Of a stretch of 64,000 nucleotides of DNA, positions 1 to 10,136 are shown piece after piece (position 1 is the first letter of the stretch; each line of letters begins with the position of its first letter). Both the position numbers and the translations under genes were made by a program. Under the pieces are notes generated by a model. It saw nothing but the letters and a program-made list of their open reading frames with translations. It was not told where the DNA came from and ran no database searches. The DNA lies in assembly GCA_037142555.1 (NCBI GenBank), contig JBAXAJ010000001.1, positions 14,835 to 78,834 of the forward strand, given 5' to 3'. This DNA comes from Candidatus Shapirobacteria bacterium. GTDB lineage: Bacteria > Patescibacteriota > Microgenomatia > UBA12405.

Positions 1-306
1 ATTAGTGTCCAAAGCGGTGTTTATATTATTTTTTTTAGCTCTAGAAAAAAGTTTAATCATTTCTTCAACTTGCAAAGTTGGCTCACCACCAGAAACAGTT
101 ATTCCACCTTTTTCACCAAAATATTCTTTTTGGTTTAAAGCTGTTTTAATAATTTCATCAACACTCATTTCCTTGCCACCATTAATTTCAAAAGTATCTG
201 GATTATGACAATAACTACAGCGAAAGTTGCAACCTTGAGTAAAAACTAACAGACGAATTCCTGGTCCCTCACCAGTCCCAAATGTTTCAATTGAGTGTAT
301 TTTCAT
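1..306 (-). CDS. pflA: Pyruvate formate-lyase activating enzyme (glycyl-radical activase), N-terminal 102 codons; the gene continues beyond the window start
   Basis: Reverse-complement translation by hand from the ATG at complement 304-306 gives MKIHSIETFGTGEGPGIRLLVFTQGCNFRCSYCHNPDTFEINGGKEM...GGITVSGGEPTLQVEEMIKLF. This has the radical-SAM CxxxCxxC motif and the GGEP motif typical of PflA. It lies 4 nt downstream of the pflB stop on the same strand (classic pflB-pflA order). It is absent from the ORF track because no stop falls inside the window. Confidence 0.8.
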   Translation of the reverse strand, partial: MKIHSIETFGTGEGPGIRLLVFTQGCNFRCSYCHNPDTFEINGGKEMSVDEIIKTALNQKEYFGEKGGITVSGGEPTLQVEEMIKLFSRAKKNNINTALDTN

Positions 307-310
307 AAAA

Positions 311-2506
311 CTACATGCTTTCAAAAAATGTTCTAGCCAAAACTTCCATTTGTTGTTCTCGATTCAATTTCACAAAGTTAACCGCATAACCAGAGACTCT
401 GATAGTTAATTGAGGATAAAGTTCAGGACTTTCCATGGCTTTAAGCAAAGTTTCTTTATTTAAAATATTCACATTAATATGGTGAGCTCTTTTTTTGAAA
501 TATCCATCCAATAAGGTAGTCAAATTATCTATTTGTTCTTCTAGACTACTACCTAAACTTTTTGGGGTAACAGTAAAAGTATTTGAGACTCCATCTCTAG
601 CATTTTTATAACTAATTTTAGCTACTGAATTTAAAGAAGCAATTGCGCCAGAAGTGTCTCGTCCATGCATCGGATTTGCCCCCGGAGCGAACGGCATTCC
701 GACTTTTCGGGAATCTGGTGTAGTTCCTGTCTTTTTTCCATAAACGACGTTAGAAGTGATTGTCAAAATTGAAAGTGTTGGCATCGCATTTCGATAGATA
801 TGGTGTTTATGTAGTTCTTTATCAAAATTCTCGACTATCCATTTAGCTAAAGAATCAACTTTATCATCATCATTCCCATATTTAGGGAAGTTTCCATCGA
901 TTTCAAAATCAGTTGTGACTCCTAATTCATTTCTTATTGTTTTAACTTTAGCAAATTTAATAGCTGACAAAGAATCTGCTGCCACTGATAAGCCAGCTAA
1001 TCCAAAAGCCATCACTCGATTAACATCAGTGTCCAAAAGGGCCATTTGTGATCGTTCATAATAATATTTATCATGCATGTAATGAATCACATTCATTGTG
1101 TTGACATAATTTTCAGCCAAAAATGTCATTGTTTTTTTAAAATTTTTCGATACTTCTTGGTAGTTCAAAAATTGGCCTTTGACTGGGTCAATTCCTTCAA
1201 TAATCTTAATTCCGGTTAGTTCATCAACACCACCATTTATTGCTAAAAGTAGAGCTTTAGCGATGTTACATCTGGCTCCAAAAAATTGCATTTGTTTACC
1301 AGAATTTAAAAGTGACACACAACAACTGATTCCATAATCATCAACCTTAGCCACATCTCTCATCAAATCATCATTTTCATATTGAATAGATGAAGTGTCA
1401 ATCGACACTTTGGCACAAAATTCTTTAAAAGCTTTAGGTAGTTTTTCTGACCATAAAACAGTCAAATTTGGTTCTGGAGAGGCACCTAAATTATATAGAG
1501 TTTGTAAAAATCGGTAACTAGTTTTAGTAACTTTATGCTGACCATTTTGCCACATACCACCTAAAGATTCAGTAATCCAAGTTGGGTCACCAGCAAAAAG
1601 TAAATTATATTCGTCAGTCCTTAAATGTCTAACTAATCTCAATTTTATAATTAATTGATCAATCAATTCTTGAGCCTGACTTTCGTTTATTAATCCGCTT
1701 TTAAGATCTTTTTCAATATAAATATCCAAAAAATTACTAACATTTCCAAGGCTCATTGCTGCTCCATCTTGTTCCTTAACTGCTGATAAATAGGCAAAAT
1801 ATGTCCATTGAACTGCTTCTTTTGCACTGACTGCTGGGACACTTATATCAAAGCCATATCTTTCAGCCATTTTTTTCATCAATTCCAAAGCATTAATTTG
1901 TTCACTAATTTCTTCTCGAAGTCTAATTTTTTCATCAGTCATCGAACCTAACAAATTTTCTTTATCTTGTTTCTTGTCAGCAATTAATTTATCTATTCCA
2001 TAAAGAGCCACTCTTCGATAATCACCAATAATTCGACCTCGAGCATAAGCATCAGGCAAACCAGTTAAAACTCCAGTTTTTCTTAACTTCAACATTTCAT
2101 CAGTGTAAGCGTCAAAGACCCCATGATTATGAGTTTTTCTGTATTTGGTAAAAGTTTCTAAAACATGTTTATCAATTTCTTTACCATTTTCTTCACAAGC
2201 ATGTTTAATCGCTCTAATTCCTCCAAAAGGTTTAATAGCTCTTTTTAATGGAGCATCAGTTTGTAATCCAACAATAATTTCCAATTTTTTATCAATATAA
2301 CCAGCTTTATGGCTATCAATAGTTGAAATTGTTTCAGTATCAATGTCTAAAACTCCACCAGCATCGGCTTCTTTTTTTAATAATTTTTGGCACTCAGTCC
2401 ATAGTTTTTTTGTTTTTGAAGTTGCTCCACTTAAGAAAGAAGCATCTCCATCATAGGCTTTTATATTTTTAAACACAAAATCCCTTACGTTTATATTCAT
2501 ATTCAT
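311..2506 (-). CDS. pflB: Pyruvate formate-lyase (formate C-acetyltransferase), glycyl radical enzyme
   Basis: 731 aa. C-terminal glycine-radical motif RVSGYAV. Active-site Cys-Cys in GISCCVS. Overall PFL-like length. Confidence 0.9.
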   Translation of the reverse strand: MNMNINVRDFVFKNIKAYDGDASFLSGATSKTKKLWTECQKLLKKEADAGGVLDIDTETISTIDSHKAGYIDKKLEIIVGLQTDAPLKRAIKPFGGIRAIKHACEENGKEIDKHVLETFTKYRKTHNHGVFDAYTDEMLKLRKTGVLTGLPDAYARGRIIGDYRRVALYGIDKLIADKKQDKENLLGSMTDEKIRLREEISEQINALELMKKMAERYGFDISVPAVSAKEAVQWTYFAYLSAVKEQDGAAMSLGNVSNFLDIYIEKDLKSGLINESQAQELIDQLIIKLRLVRHLRTDEYNLLFAGDPTWITESLGGMWQNGQHKVTKTSYRFLQTLYNLGASPEPNLTVLWSEKLPKAFKEFCAKVSIDTSSIQYENDDLMRDVAKVDDYGISCCVSLLNSGKQMQFFGARCNIAKALLLAINGGVDELTGIKIIEGIDPVKGQFLNYQEVSKNFKKTMTFLAENYVNTMNVIHYMHDKYYYERSQMALLDTDVNRVMAFGLAGLSVAADSLSAIKFAKVKTIRNELGVTTDFEIDGNFPKYGNDDDKVDSLAKWIVENFDKELHKHHIYRNAMPTLSILTITSNVVYGKKTGTTPDSRKVGMPFAPGANPMHGRDTSGAIASLNSVAKISYKNARDGVSNTFTVTPKSLGSSLEEQIDNLTTLLDGYFKKRAHHINVNILNKETLLKAMESPELYPQLTIRVSGYAVNFVKLNREQQMEVLARTFFESM

Positions 2507-2552
2507 AGATTGTTTATTATAGTTTACAACTTAAAAATTACCAGTTCCAATA

Positions 2553-3350
2553 TCAAATTGCTTTTTTTCTTTTTTCCCAAGCCATTTTTGCTTCATCAAA
2601 CATCAATTTTCTTTTTTCTTTTTCCTCTTTAGTATCATATTTATCAAAAGTGTTATTTGGGGTTTCATTAAAAATTTCAGAAATATTTTCTTCCCAACTA
2701 TTTAGTTGCCAATCAATCATTGGATATTTTTTAGAATTTTCAATTAGTTTTGGGATTTGGTTGGATGAAACATTTTCCGCTAACCATTGTAAATTACTTT
2801 TTAAAGCACTATCCATTCCTACACTTTTTGATCTTTTCCAAGCTTTAACAGCAGTTCTCATATAGCCAATTCTTTCAACCATATTAAAAGCTTCACCTAA
2901 TTTAGATTCTGGGTCAAAAATAATTTCATCAATCGCAATATTAATTTTTTCTGCCAATTTATCACCATGTTTTCCATATAACTCTTCAGTTATTTTTTTC
3001 AAAACATCTTTTTCTTCTTTCTCATCATTTTCAGTTTTAAAATCATAATTTATATCATCATTAATTGCTTCACCATGGTCATGAATTATTGCCGCCAAAA
3101 GAATTAATTCTTTTTCATCTTCATTAAAATCACAATTTCTGACAAATAAATTAGCTATCCCGTAAGTAAATAAAATATGATCTAGATTATTAATGTCACA
3201 TTTACCTAATAATTTTTCCCAATTCTGGTTATCGATTTCTGGTAGTTTATATCTATCAAATCTAATTTTTCTCGATAATATTTCACCATATTGACTCTGG
3301 GCAAATTCAGAGTGAACCTCTCGCATATTTATTCGACCACTTTCTTTCAT
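2553..3350 (-). CDS. HD-domain phosphohydrolase family protein
   Basis: 265 aa with the motif LLAAIIHDHGEA, consistent with the H..HD metal-binding signature. No finer assignment is possible. Confidence 0.5.
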   Translation of the reverse strand: MKESGRINMREVHSEFAQSQYGEILSRKIRFDRYKLPEIDNQNWEKLLGKCDINNLDHILFTYGIANLFVRNCDFNEDEKELILLAAIIHDHGEAINDDINYDFKTENDEKEEKDVLKKITEELYGKHGDKLAEKINIAIDEIIFDPESKLGEAFNMVERIGYMRTAVKAWKRSKSVGMDSALKSNLQWLAENVSSNQIPKLIENSKKYPMIDWQLNSWEENISEIFNETPNNTFDKYDTKEEKEKRKLMFDEAKMAWEKRKKAI

Positions 3351-3444
3351 TTGAAATGGATTTTACCGCAAAATTTTAGTATAATCCAGCGGCACGTTAA
3401 AATAACAAAAAAAATCGAGAAAGAAGAGAGGAAAGGTGAGTTTT

Positions 3445-4839
3445 ATGAGTAAAGAGAGTACACAGTTAATGGCGATTAGTCCAATAGACGGTCGTTATGC
3501 AGAGAAGGTAGAGGAGTTATCACCAATCATGAGCGAAGGAGGATTGATTCAACGTCGAATTAAAGCAGAATGTGTTTACTTTTTAATGTTGTCAGATTAT
3601 GGCATCACTAGGAAATTAACATCTTTTGAAAGGAAACTTATAGAAAAAGTTATTTCTAAAGGGATAACTTTAAAGGACATGATGAGAATCAAAGAACTTG
3701 AGAAAGAAAAAAATCATGATGTTAAAGCAGTTGAATCTTGGCTAGTAGAGCATTTTAAAAGTACTTCTATTAGTGATTTAGTAGACTATTTTCATTTTTG
3801 TTTGACATCTGAGGACATTAATAATATTAGTTATAGGTTGCAACTTAAAGATGCAAAGGATGAAATTATTGTTCCTAAAATTGACGAAATCATTGATTCA
3901 CTTATGAAAATGGCAATAGAACTTTCAAGGATGCCAATGCTAGGGAGAACTCATGGTCAAGCTGCTGTTCCAACTACGGTTGGGAAAGAACTATCTAATT
4001 TTGCTGTTAGGTTAAATAAAGAAAATAGAAAATTAGAAAAATTCATGTTGACGGGTAAGATTAACGGAGCAGTAGGGAACTATAACGCTATTAATTTTAT
4101 CGCTCCAAATATTAATCTTTTTCCTTTTTCTGAAACTTATGTTTCAAGATTAGGTTTAGAGCTTAATTTATTTACAACCCAAATCAATGCGCCGGAAGAC
4201 ATTGTTGAATGTTTGCAAATTTTACAAAGAATCAACGGAATTTTAGTGGATTTATGTCAAGACATGTGGAGATATATCTCCGATGACTGGTTTAAACAAC
4301 AAAAGAAAGCTGGGGAAGTCGGATCATCAACAATGCCTCAAAAAGTAAATCCAATTGACTTCGAGAATGGAGAAGCAAACTTGCAAATGGCAAATTCAAT
4401 TATTTCTGGATTTGTTAACAAGTTACAAATTTCTCGTCTTCAAAGAGATTTGACTGACAGCTCAACATTGCGTAATCTCGGAACAATTTTAGCTCACATT
4501 TTAGTTGCTTGTAAAAGTACTATGAAAGGTTTAAGTAAAGTTTCACTGAATGAAGAAGCAACTTCAGCTGCTTTGGCTAAAAATTGGGCTATATTGTCTG
4601 AACCAGTTCAGTTAATTTTGAAAAAATATTCAAATGTTGAGGATGCCTACAGCCTTGTAAAAGACTTTTTCCGTGGTGAGTATATTTTCAAAAAAGAGTA
4701 TCAAGAATATATTGGAACTCTTCCATTAGAATCAGACATCAAAGAAAGACTGATGGGTTTGACTCCTGTAAACTATATTGGTATCGCACCAGAATTAGTT
4801 GAAGAAGCAGACTATCAAATCAAGAAATCTCGAAAGTAA
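3445..4839 (+). CDS. purB: Adenylosuccinate lyase
   Basis: GRYAEKVEEL, TSEDINN and GRTHGQAAVPTTVGKE motifs of the fumarate-lyase / PurB family. I place the start at the ATG at 3445, which is preceded by a GGAAAGGTGA Shine-Dalgarno sequence. The ORF track extends to a GTG at 3436. Confidence 0.9.
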   Translation: MSKESTQLMAISPIDGRYAEKVEELSPIMSEGGLIQRRIKAECVYFLMLSDYGITRKLTSFERKLIEKVISKGITLKDMMRIKELEKEKNHDVKAVESWLVEHFKSTSISDLVDYFHFCLTSEDINNISYRLQLKDAKDEIIVPKIDEIIDSLMKMAIELSRMPMLGRTHGQAAVPTTVGKELSNFAVRLNKENRKLEKFMLTGKINGAVGNYNAINFIAPNINLFPFSETYVSRLGLELNLFTTQINAPEDIVECLQILQRINGILVDLCQDMWRYISDDWFKQQKKAGEVGSSTMPQKVNPIDFENGEANLQMANSIISGFVNKLQISRLQRDLTDSSTLRNLGTILAHILVACKSTMKGLSKVSLNEEATSAALAKNWAILSEPVQLILKKYSNVEDAYSLVKDFFRGEYIFKKEYQEYIGTLPLESDIKERLMGLTPVNYIGIAPELVEEADYQIKKSRK

Positions 4840-4863
4840 AAAAAGTTGTTATTTTAAACGAAT

Positions 4864-4910
4864 CCCTTTTAAAAATGGTTTTATACCAAATTTCTAAGGG
4901 GTTTTTTTTG
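4864..4910 (+). terminator. Weak putative intrinsic terminator downstream of purB
   Basis: CCCTT ... AAGGG 5-bp stem with a long loop, followed by a T8 run. This is a weak call. Confidence 0.3.
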
Positions 4911-4913
4911 GCC

Positions 4914-4946
4914 AAAAAAAACGGGGTACTTTTTACAGTACCCCGT
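4914..4946 (-). terminator. Intrinsic terminator for the minus-strand RRM-protein gene
   Basis: Perfect 10-bp stem ACGGGGTACT / AGTACCCCGT (4921-4930 / 4937-4946) with a 6-nt loop. An A7 run on the plus strand gives a U-run on the minus-strand transcript. It sits 25 nt past the stop at 4971. Confidence 0.7.
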
Positions 4947-4970
4947 TATTCATTTATTAGTCGAGATTAA

Positions 4971-5306
4971 TTAGAATCTGGATCTATTACCGCCACCAAA
5001 ACCGCCTCGGCTGTCAGAACCACCTCTTGAGAAATTATCTCTTCGTGGAGGTCTGTCTTCCATAGGTCTAGCTTCATTGACTTTAACAGTTCGACCGTCT
5101 AATTCTTTGTCGTTCCACATTTGAATAGCTGCTTCAGCTTCTTCATCAGTGCTCATTTCTACGAATCCGAATCCTTTAGATCTTCCTGAGAACTTGTCTT
5201 TAATAACGATTGCAGAAACTACTGTTCCTGCTTGAGCAAATGCTGCTCCTAATGCTTCGTCGGTAGTATCAAAAGATAATCCTCCGACATACAATTTTTT
5301 AGCCAT
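4971..5306 (-). CDS. RNA-binding protein with an RRM domain and a C-terminal RGG/Gly-Arg tail
   Basis: RNP motifs KLYVGGL and KGFGFVEM. C-terminus RGGSDSRGGFGGGNRSRF. Confidence 0.8.
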   Translation of the reverse strand: MAKKLYVGGLSFDTTDEALGAAFAQAGTVVSAIVIKDKFSGRSKGFGFVEMSTDEEAEAAIQMWNDKELDGRTVKVNEARPMEDRPPRRDNFSRGGSDSRGGFGGGNRSRF

Positions 5307-5419
5307 TGTTTTTAAAATATTTAACTACTGTAGATCTTTTCTAAATATCTACAATGTATATTGTATCCTATTTTAGAAAAATTGCTTGACATAGAATCTT
5401 TATATTGCTTTAATTCATT

Positions 5420-5743
5420 ATGAAAGGTTTTTTACAATTCATTCGTGAACAAGGAGTAGTCGGTTTAGCAGTCGGTTTCATTATGGGTGGTTCCATCACC
5501 AAGATGGTCACTTCTCTAGTCAACGACATAGTCAATCCATCTCTTGGTATCCTAATCGGCAAGGCTGGCGACCTAAAATCAAATTTTTTCCAAATTGGTT
5601 CAGCCAAAATCATGTGGGGAACTTTCCTTAGTAGTGTCATTGATTTTGCCATTATTGCTTTGATTGTTTACTTTGGTGTCAAGGTTCTAGGCCTAGATAA
5701 ACTAGACAAAAAGAAAGAAAGTAAGCAAAAAAAAGTAAAATAA
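5420..5743 (+). CDS. mscL: Large-conductance mechanosensitive channel
   Basis: 107 aa. N-terminus MKGFLQFIREQGVVGLAVGFIMGGSITKMV is MscL-like. Two predicted TM helices and a Lys-rich C-tail. Confidence 0.85.
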   Translation: MKGFLQFIREQGVVGLAVGFIMGGSITKMVTSLVNDIVNPSLGILIGKAGDLKSNFFQIGSAKIMWGTFLSSVIDFAIIALIVYFGVKVLGLDKLDKKKESKQKKVK

Positions 5744-5746
5744 ATC

Positions 5747-7084
5747 ATGTTCAAATTCTTCGCAAGATTTTTTGTCACTCTAATATTTCTATCTCTAATA
5801 ACTTTAGTTATTTTTAATTTCTTTTTTAAAGAACAAATAGTTCCTATCTCTGGAACTGGTTCTATGTATCCAACTTTCCCAAAACATGAGTCAACCACTA
5901 AAATGATGGTCTATCCTAGTGGCGTTAAATTATTTGATAAAACATTTTTTGATTATAAAATTGGCCACGGAGACATTGTTGCTTTTGAAAATGAAGAAAC
6001 TAAAAAAAACACCAAAGAACTATATGGAAAGGAAAGTGGTTATATAAAAAGAGTAATTGCTCTTCCAGGCGACACTATTGAAATCAGAGATGCGCTCATA
6101 ATTTTAAATTCTTCACCTTTAAAAGAACCATACACTGCCCTAGCCAGATCAACTTTTGGCGGTAATTTTTTGTCAGATTGCCATTCCCTAAAAATTCCAG
6201 AAGGAAAATTATTTGTGATGGGGGACAATCGTAAAGGCAGCAGCGATTCTCGTTATGAGCTAGGTCTAATTGATTTCAAAGATATTAGCCATGTCATTCC
6301 ACTCTCAAAACAAATTGGGACTCTAGACAAAAATTGGCATGACACCACCAACGACTTCAAAAATTCTGCAAAAATTAAACTAGACCCACAAGAATATGTG
6401 GATCTCTTAAATCAAAAACGAAAAGAGGCTAATTTAAAAGAACTAAAATATAATCCAAAACTAAATAAATCAGCCGAACTTAGGGCACAAAACATCATAA
6501 AATTTGATGACTTTTCTTTTGAAGCCACCAGAAGTGGATACACAATAGAAAAGGCTGTAAGTGATGCTAATTATTCAAACATTGTCTATGGAGAAGTCCC
6601 AACCAGTGGTTATTATGATGCCCAAGAACTGGTCGATAACTATTTTCAATTTGCCTCTTCTAAAAAATTCATGCTTAATAAAGATTATCAGGACATTGGA
6701 ATTGCCACTGTCGAAGGCTCAATCAATGGTTGTCCAACCCAAGTTATTGTTCAACATCTAGCTGGTTATTTTCCTCCAAATTATAAAAAAGAAGATATTC
6801 AAGCTTGGCAAAATAATTTAAATAATTTAAAAGAAGTCCAAACAGGGTGGTCATCTCTAAAAGACAAAGTTGATTTTTATAATAACAATAAAAGTGATGT
6901 CGACCGACTTAATCAAATTATTAGCAATAGAATCACTAACATCAGCGCTATAGTTAAAAAAATGTCTTCAAATTTATGGTTGTCAAAACCAGAAACAGAT
7001 TATACCTATCAAGATAGAAAACTCTTTGAAGAACAACAATCTCTTTCAGATAAGATAAATAACCAAATCAAAAATATTCGATAA
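5747..7084 (+). CDS. lepB: Signal peptidase I (S26) with a ~250-aa C-terminal extension containing a degenerate CAP/SCP-like domain
   Basis: S26 boxes are present: GSMYPTF (catalytic Ser), GDIVAF, YIKRVIALPGDTIEI (catalytic Lys) and VMGDNRKGSSDSR. The C-terminal region (AELRAQNII...YGEV...ELVDNYFQF...YQDIGIATV) matches the CAP-domain pattern with His positions substituted. Confidence 0.75.
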   Translation: MFKFFARFFVTLIFLSLITLVIFNFFFKEQIVPISGTGSMYPTFPKHESTTKMMVYPSGVKLFDKTFFDYKIGHGDIVAFENEETKKNTKELYGKESGYIKRVIALPGDTIEIRDALIILNSSPLKEPYTALARSTFGGNFLSDCHSLKIPEGKLFVMGDNRKGSSDSRYELGLIDFKDISHVIPLSKQIGTLDKNWHDTTNDFKNSAKIKLDPQEYVDLLNQKRKEANLKELKYNPKLNKSAELRAQNIIKFDDFSFEATRSGYTIEKAVSDANYSNIVYGEVPTSGYYDAQELVDNYFQFASSKKFMLNKDYQDIGIATVEGSINGCPTQVIVQHLAGYFPPNYKKEDIQAWQNNLNNLKEVQTGWSSLKDKVDFYNNNKSDVDRLNQIISNRITNISAIVKKMSSNLWLSKPETDYTYQDRKLFEEQQSLSDKINNQIKNIR

Positions 7085-7088
7085 TAAT

Positions 7089-8780
7089 TTATTTCTTAGC
7101 CACAGCTTCCAAGAAAGCCATGAAAACTGGGTGTGGAGTCAATGGTCTAGCAATATATTCTGGATGAAATTGAGTAGCCACAAAAAATGGATGATTGTTT
7201 ATTTCAACCGCTTCAACTAATCTGCCATCAGGTGAAGTTCCAGAAATAACTAACCCAGCTTTTTCTAGTTGTTCTCTGAAATCATTATTCACTTCATATC
7301 GATGTCGATGTCTTTCGTAAATAATATTATCCATGCCAGTTGGAGCCACATTTAATCCATTGGAATTATTCCAAGGCATTTCTTCTCCTTTCCCAAACTT
7401 ATCATATGCCGCTGCTAATTTTGTCTTTTTAACTAACTTGCATGGCCAAGAACCTAAACGGATTGTGCCACCATATTGTTTTTTTTCTAAATACTTTTTT
7501 TGATCTGGCATTATATAGACAACTGGGAATTTAGTGTCTTTATTAACTTCAATTGAATTAGCATTCTTTAACCCAAGCACATTGCGAGCAAATTCAATTA
7601 CTGCCATTTGCATTCCAAAACATAAACCTAAATAAGGGATTTTATTTTCTCTAGCATATTTAACTGCTATGATTTTTCCCTCAGCTCCTCTGGTTCCCCA
7701 ACCTTGTGGAACTACAATTCCGTCATAACCTTTCAAACTTACTTTTTTATTTTCCACATCATCACTATTAATCCAAGCTAATTCTGGAACTAATTTTTGG
7801 GTCCAAGCCGCTTGTTTAATAGCTTCAATGACTGACACATAAGAATCAGTTAATTTATTATCACCAGTCACAAAATATTTTCCAACTAAAGCAATCTTAA
7901 CTTTTTTGACTGACTTCTCTTTATTTTCTACAAATTTATTCCATTCTTTTAATCCTGGAGCTGAAGCTTTAAGTTTTAAACTTAGTTTTTTTAATATTTT
8001 TTCTGCAAATTTTTGTTCTTCAAAATAAGCTGGTAATTTATAGACACTATCTAAGTCTGGGTTAAGGATTATTCCTTCTGGTTCGACATTGCAAAACATT
8101 GCTAATTTCTCTTTTCTCTTTAAATCAATCCCTTGTTCACTTCGAGCCACTAAAAAATCAGCTTGAATTCCCATAGCATTTAATAGATGAGTTGATTGTT
8201 GAGCTGGTTTGCTTTTAAGTTCACCAATATTTTTCAAAAATGGTAAGTAAGTTACATGGATTTGCAAAACATTTTTCGGTTCTTTAAATTTCAATATTCT
8301 ACTAGCTTCAAAAAATAGTCCATTTTGGTATTCACCAACAGTTCCACCTAGTTCAATAATAACTATATCTGCCTTGTTTATTTTTCCAGCTTTTTTAATT
8401 CGATTAATAATTTCATCAGTCACATGGGGGATTGCTTCAACATCTTCTCCCTCATAACCAAAAGCTCTTTCTCGATCTATTACTGCTTTATAAACTTGTC
8501 CAGTTGTGATGTAATTATCTTTTCTTAAAGTTGCTCCAATAAATCTTTCATAATTTCCTAAATCTTGGTCTGTCTCCATTCCATCTTCGGTCACAAACAC
8601 TTCACCATGTTCTTGTGGTCTAATGGTTCCAGCATCAACATTCAAATACATATCGATTTTAATGTTAGTAATTTTGAAACCTTTTGACTTAAGTAGTAGT
8701 CCAATAGTAGCGGCAGTAATTCCCTTTCCTAATCCACTAACAACTCCACCAGATACAAAAATATACTTCATGTTAACCAT
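7089..8780 (-). CDS. pyrG: CTP synthase
   Basis: N-terminus MKYIFVSGGVVSGLGKGITAA. Glutamine amidotransferase C-domain with GLCFGMQ. The real start may be the ATG at 8771 (MKYIF) rather than 8780. Confidence 0.9.
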   Translation of the reverse strand: MVNMKYIFVSGGVVSGLGKGITAATIGLLLKSKGFKITNIKIDMYLNVDAGTIRPQEHGEVFVTEDGMETDQDLGNYERFIGATLRKDNYITTGQVYKAVIDRERAFGYEGEDVEAIPHVTDEIINRIKKAGKINKADIVIIELGGTVGEYQNGLFFEASRILKFKEPKNVLQIHVTYLPFLKNIGELKSKPAQQSTHLLNAMGIQADFLVARSEQGIDLKRKEKLAMFCNVEPEGIILNPDLDSVYKLPAYFEEQKFAEKILKKLSLKLKASAPGLKEWNKFVENKEKSVKKVKIALVGKYFVTGDNKLTDSYVSVIEAIKQAAWTQKLVPELAWINSDDVENKKVSLKGYDGIVVPQGWGTRGAEGKIIAVKYARENKIPYLGLCFGMQMAVIEFARNVLGLKNANSIEVNKDTKFPVVYIMPDQKKYLEKKQYGGTIRLGSWPCKLVKKTKLAAAYDKFGKGEEMPWNNSNGLNVAPTGMDNIIYERHRHRYEVNNDFREQLEKAGLVISGTSPDGRLVEAVEINNHPFFVATQFHPEYIARPLTPHPVFMAFLEAVAKK

Positions 8781-8810
8781 TATAATTTAAAATTTTTTAA
8801 AAAACAGGCC

Positions 8811-10127
8811 TTAATTTTTCCAAGTTTCCAAAGTCACTTCTCTGTAATTTTCTTCACCTATTTTTGTGTAACCAAAACTTTTTAATGAAGCCACATGATC
8901 AAATCCATGGATTGCTTCAGCATAAGAAACTACTTTAATTTCATTTTCATTTGGTTTTCTAGTTTTCAAATCTTTAATGATCACATCTGGTCGGTAATAT
9001 TTAATTGGGTCTGAAACTGATTCTATAATATATAAGGCTTTAGTATTATCTAGATTATTAGCCAAACTTTTCCAGTCTTCACGATGGAAAGCTGGATTTA
9101 ATAAATAAACAAAAGTCCAAACTCCAAAGCCTAAAATCAAGAATATCTTTTGCCAATTTTTATTAACAGCAAATGCTAAAGCTAAACTTAAAATTGGTAA
9201 TAAATATATAAATCTAAAATATTGCATTAATGGTGAGAAAAACGAAAAACCAAACCCTAAGATTATTGGAACTATAAATAAAAATCCAAATATTTTATTT
9301 TTCAAAAATCCTTTAAAGGTAAAAATAAAAACTATCAAGGTCCACAACCCAGCCACTAAATAATACAAATTCTTTGGGAAAAAACTAATTTTTCCAACAC
9401 TAAATTTCAAAGGTATTAATAAAACATCTTTCAAATTTGGCAGACCTAGAACCAAATGCCAATTTACTACTTGAGCCAACATCGATCTAGAATTTTTAAT
9501 TTGAGTAAATAATAATGGAGACAAAAGTCCGATTGCCAAAACTATTCCAATATTAGTTATAAAAAATAATTTGAATTTTCTTTTAACTAATAAATAAATT
9601 GCCAAAGCTGCTAATAAAAATATTGATCCATAAAAACAACTAAAACTCAAAAAAGCAAACAAATTAAAGCCAATAATATTTCCTATTTTTATTTTCTTAT
9701 CTTTAATTATTTTAATAAAGTTATACAAAACTATAGTCAAAAACATTACCGCCATTGAATACATTCTTAAATCTTGAGAAAAATAAACAAAGAGGGGATT
9801 TATTGATAATAATAGTGCAGCCAATAATCCTATCTTTTTATCCTTAATTTTTTTACCAATTAAATAAGTAAAAAATATAGTTATTAATGAAAATAAAACT
9901 GAAGACAATCTTAATGTGAATATTTCAGTTCCAAAAACTTTTGCCCACAAATTTAAAAACATATAATATAAAGGTGGATGAAAATCTGAAATTGAGAATA
10001 GTCTAGGAATGTCTAAAAAGAAATAATGACTGGCCACACTAATTGAAACTGCTTCGTCTAACCAAATCGATTGATTCAATGCCAATATTCTTAATAATAG
10101 GCTGACAGCTAATAAAATAAATATCAT
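8811..10127 (-). CDS. GT-C fold membrane glycosyltransferase, GT39/GT83 (PMT / ArnT-like) family
   Basis: Polytopic. N-terminal pattern IWLDEAVSISVASHYF...FHPPLYYMFLNLW...TLRLSSVLFSLITIFFTYLIGKK matches the ArnT/PMT loop-1 DE...PPL motif. Confidence 0.65.
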   Translation of the reverse strand: MIFILLAVSLLLRILALNQSIWLDEAVSISVASHYFFLDIPRLFSISDFHPPLYYMFLNLWAKVFGTEIFTLRLSSVLFSLITIFFTYLIGKKIKDKKIGLLAALLLSINPLFVYFSQDLRMYSMAVMFLTIVLYNFIKIIKDKKIKIGNIIGFNLFAFLSFSCFYGSIFLLAALAIYLLVKRKFKLFFITNIGIVLAIGLLSPLLFTQIKNSRSMLAQVVNWHLVLGLPNLKDVLLIPLKFSVGKISFFPKNLYYLVAGLWTLIVFIFTFKGFLKNKIFGFLFIVPIILGFGFSFFSPLMQYFRFIYLLPILSLALAFAVNKNWQKIFLILGFGVWTFVYLLNPAFHREDWKSLANNLDNTKALYIIESVSDPIKYYRPDVIIKDLKTRKPNENEIKVVSYAEAIHGFDHVASLKSFGYTKIGEENYREVTLETWKN

Positions 10128-10136
10128 TCTTTCAAA

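Noticed and set aside
5-208. 67-aa plus-strand ORF at the window start
   Set aside because: It lies antisense to a clear pflA reading frame, which translates into canonical radical-SAM activase motifs on the minus strand.
4886-4899. Word CCAAATTTCTAAGG shared with CCAAATCCTAAGG at 16938-16950
   Set aside because: A 13/14 match that could be chance. Recorded only as a possible motif in the DEAD-box leader finding.
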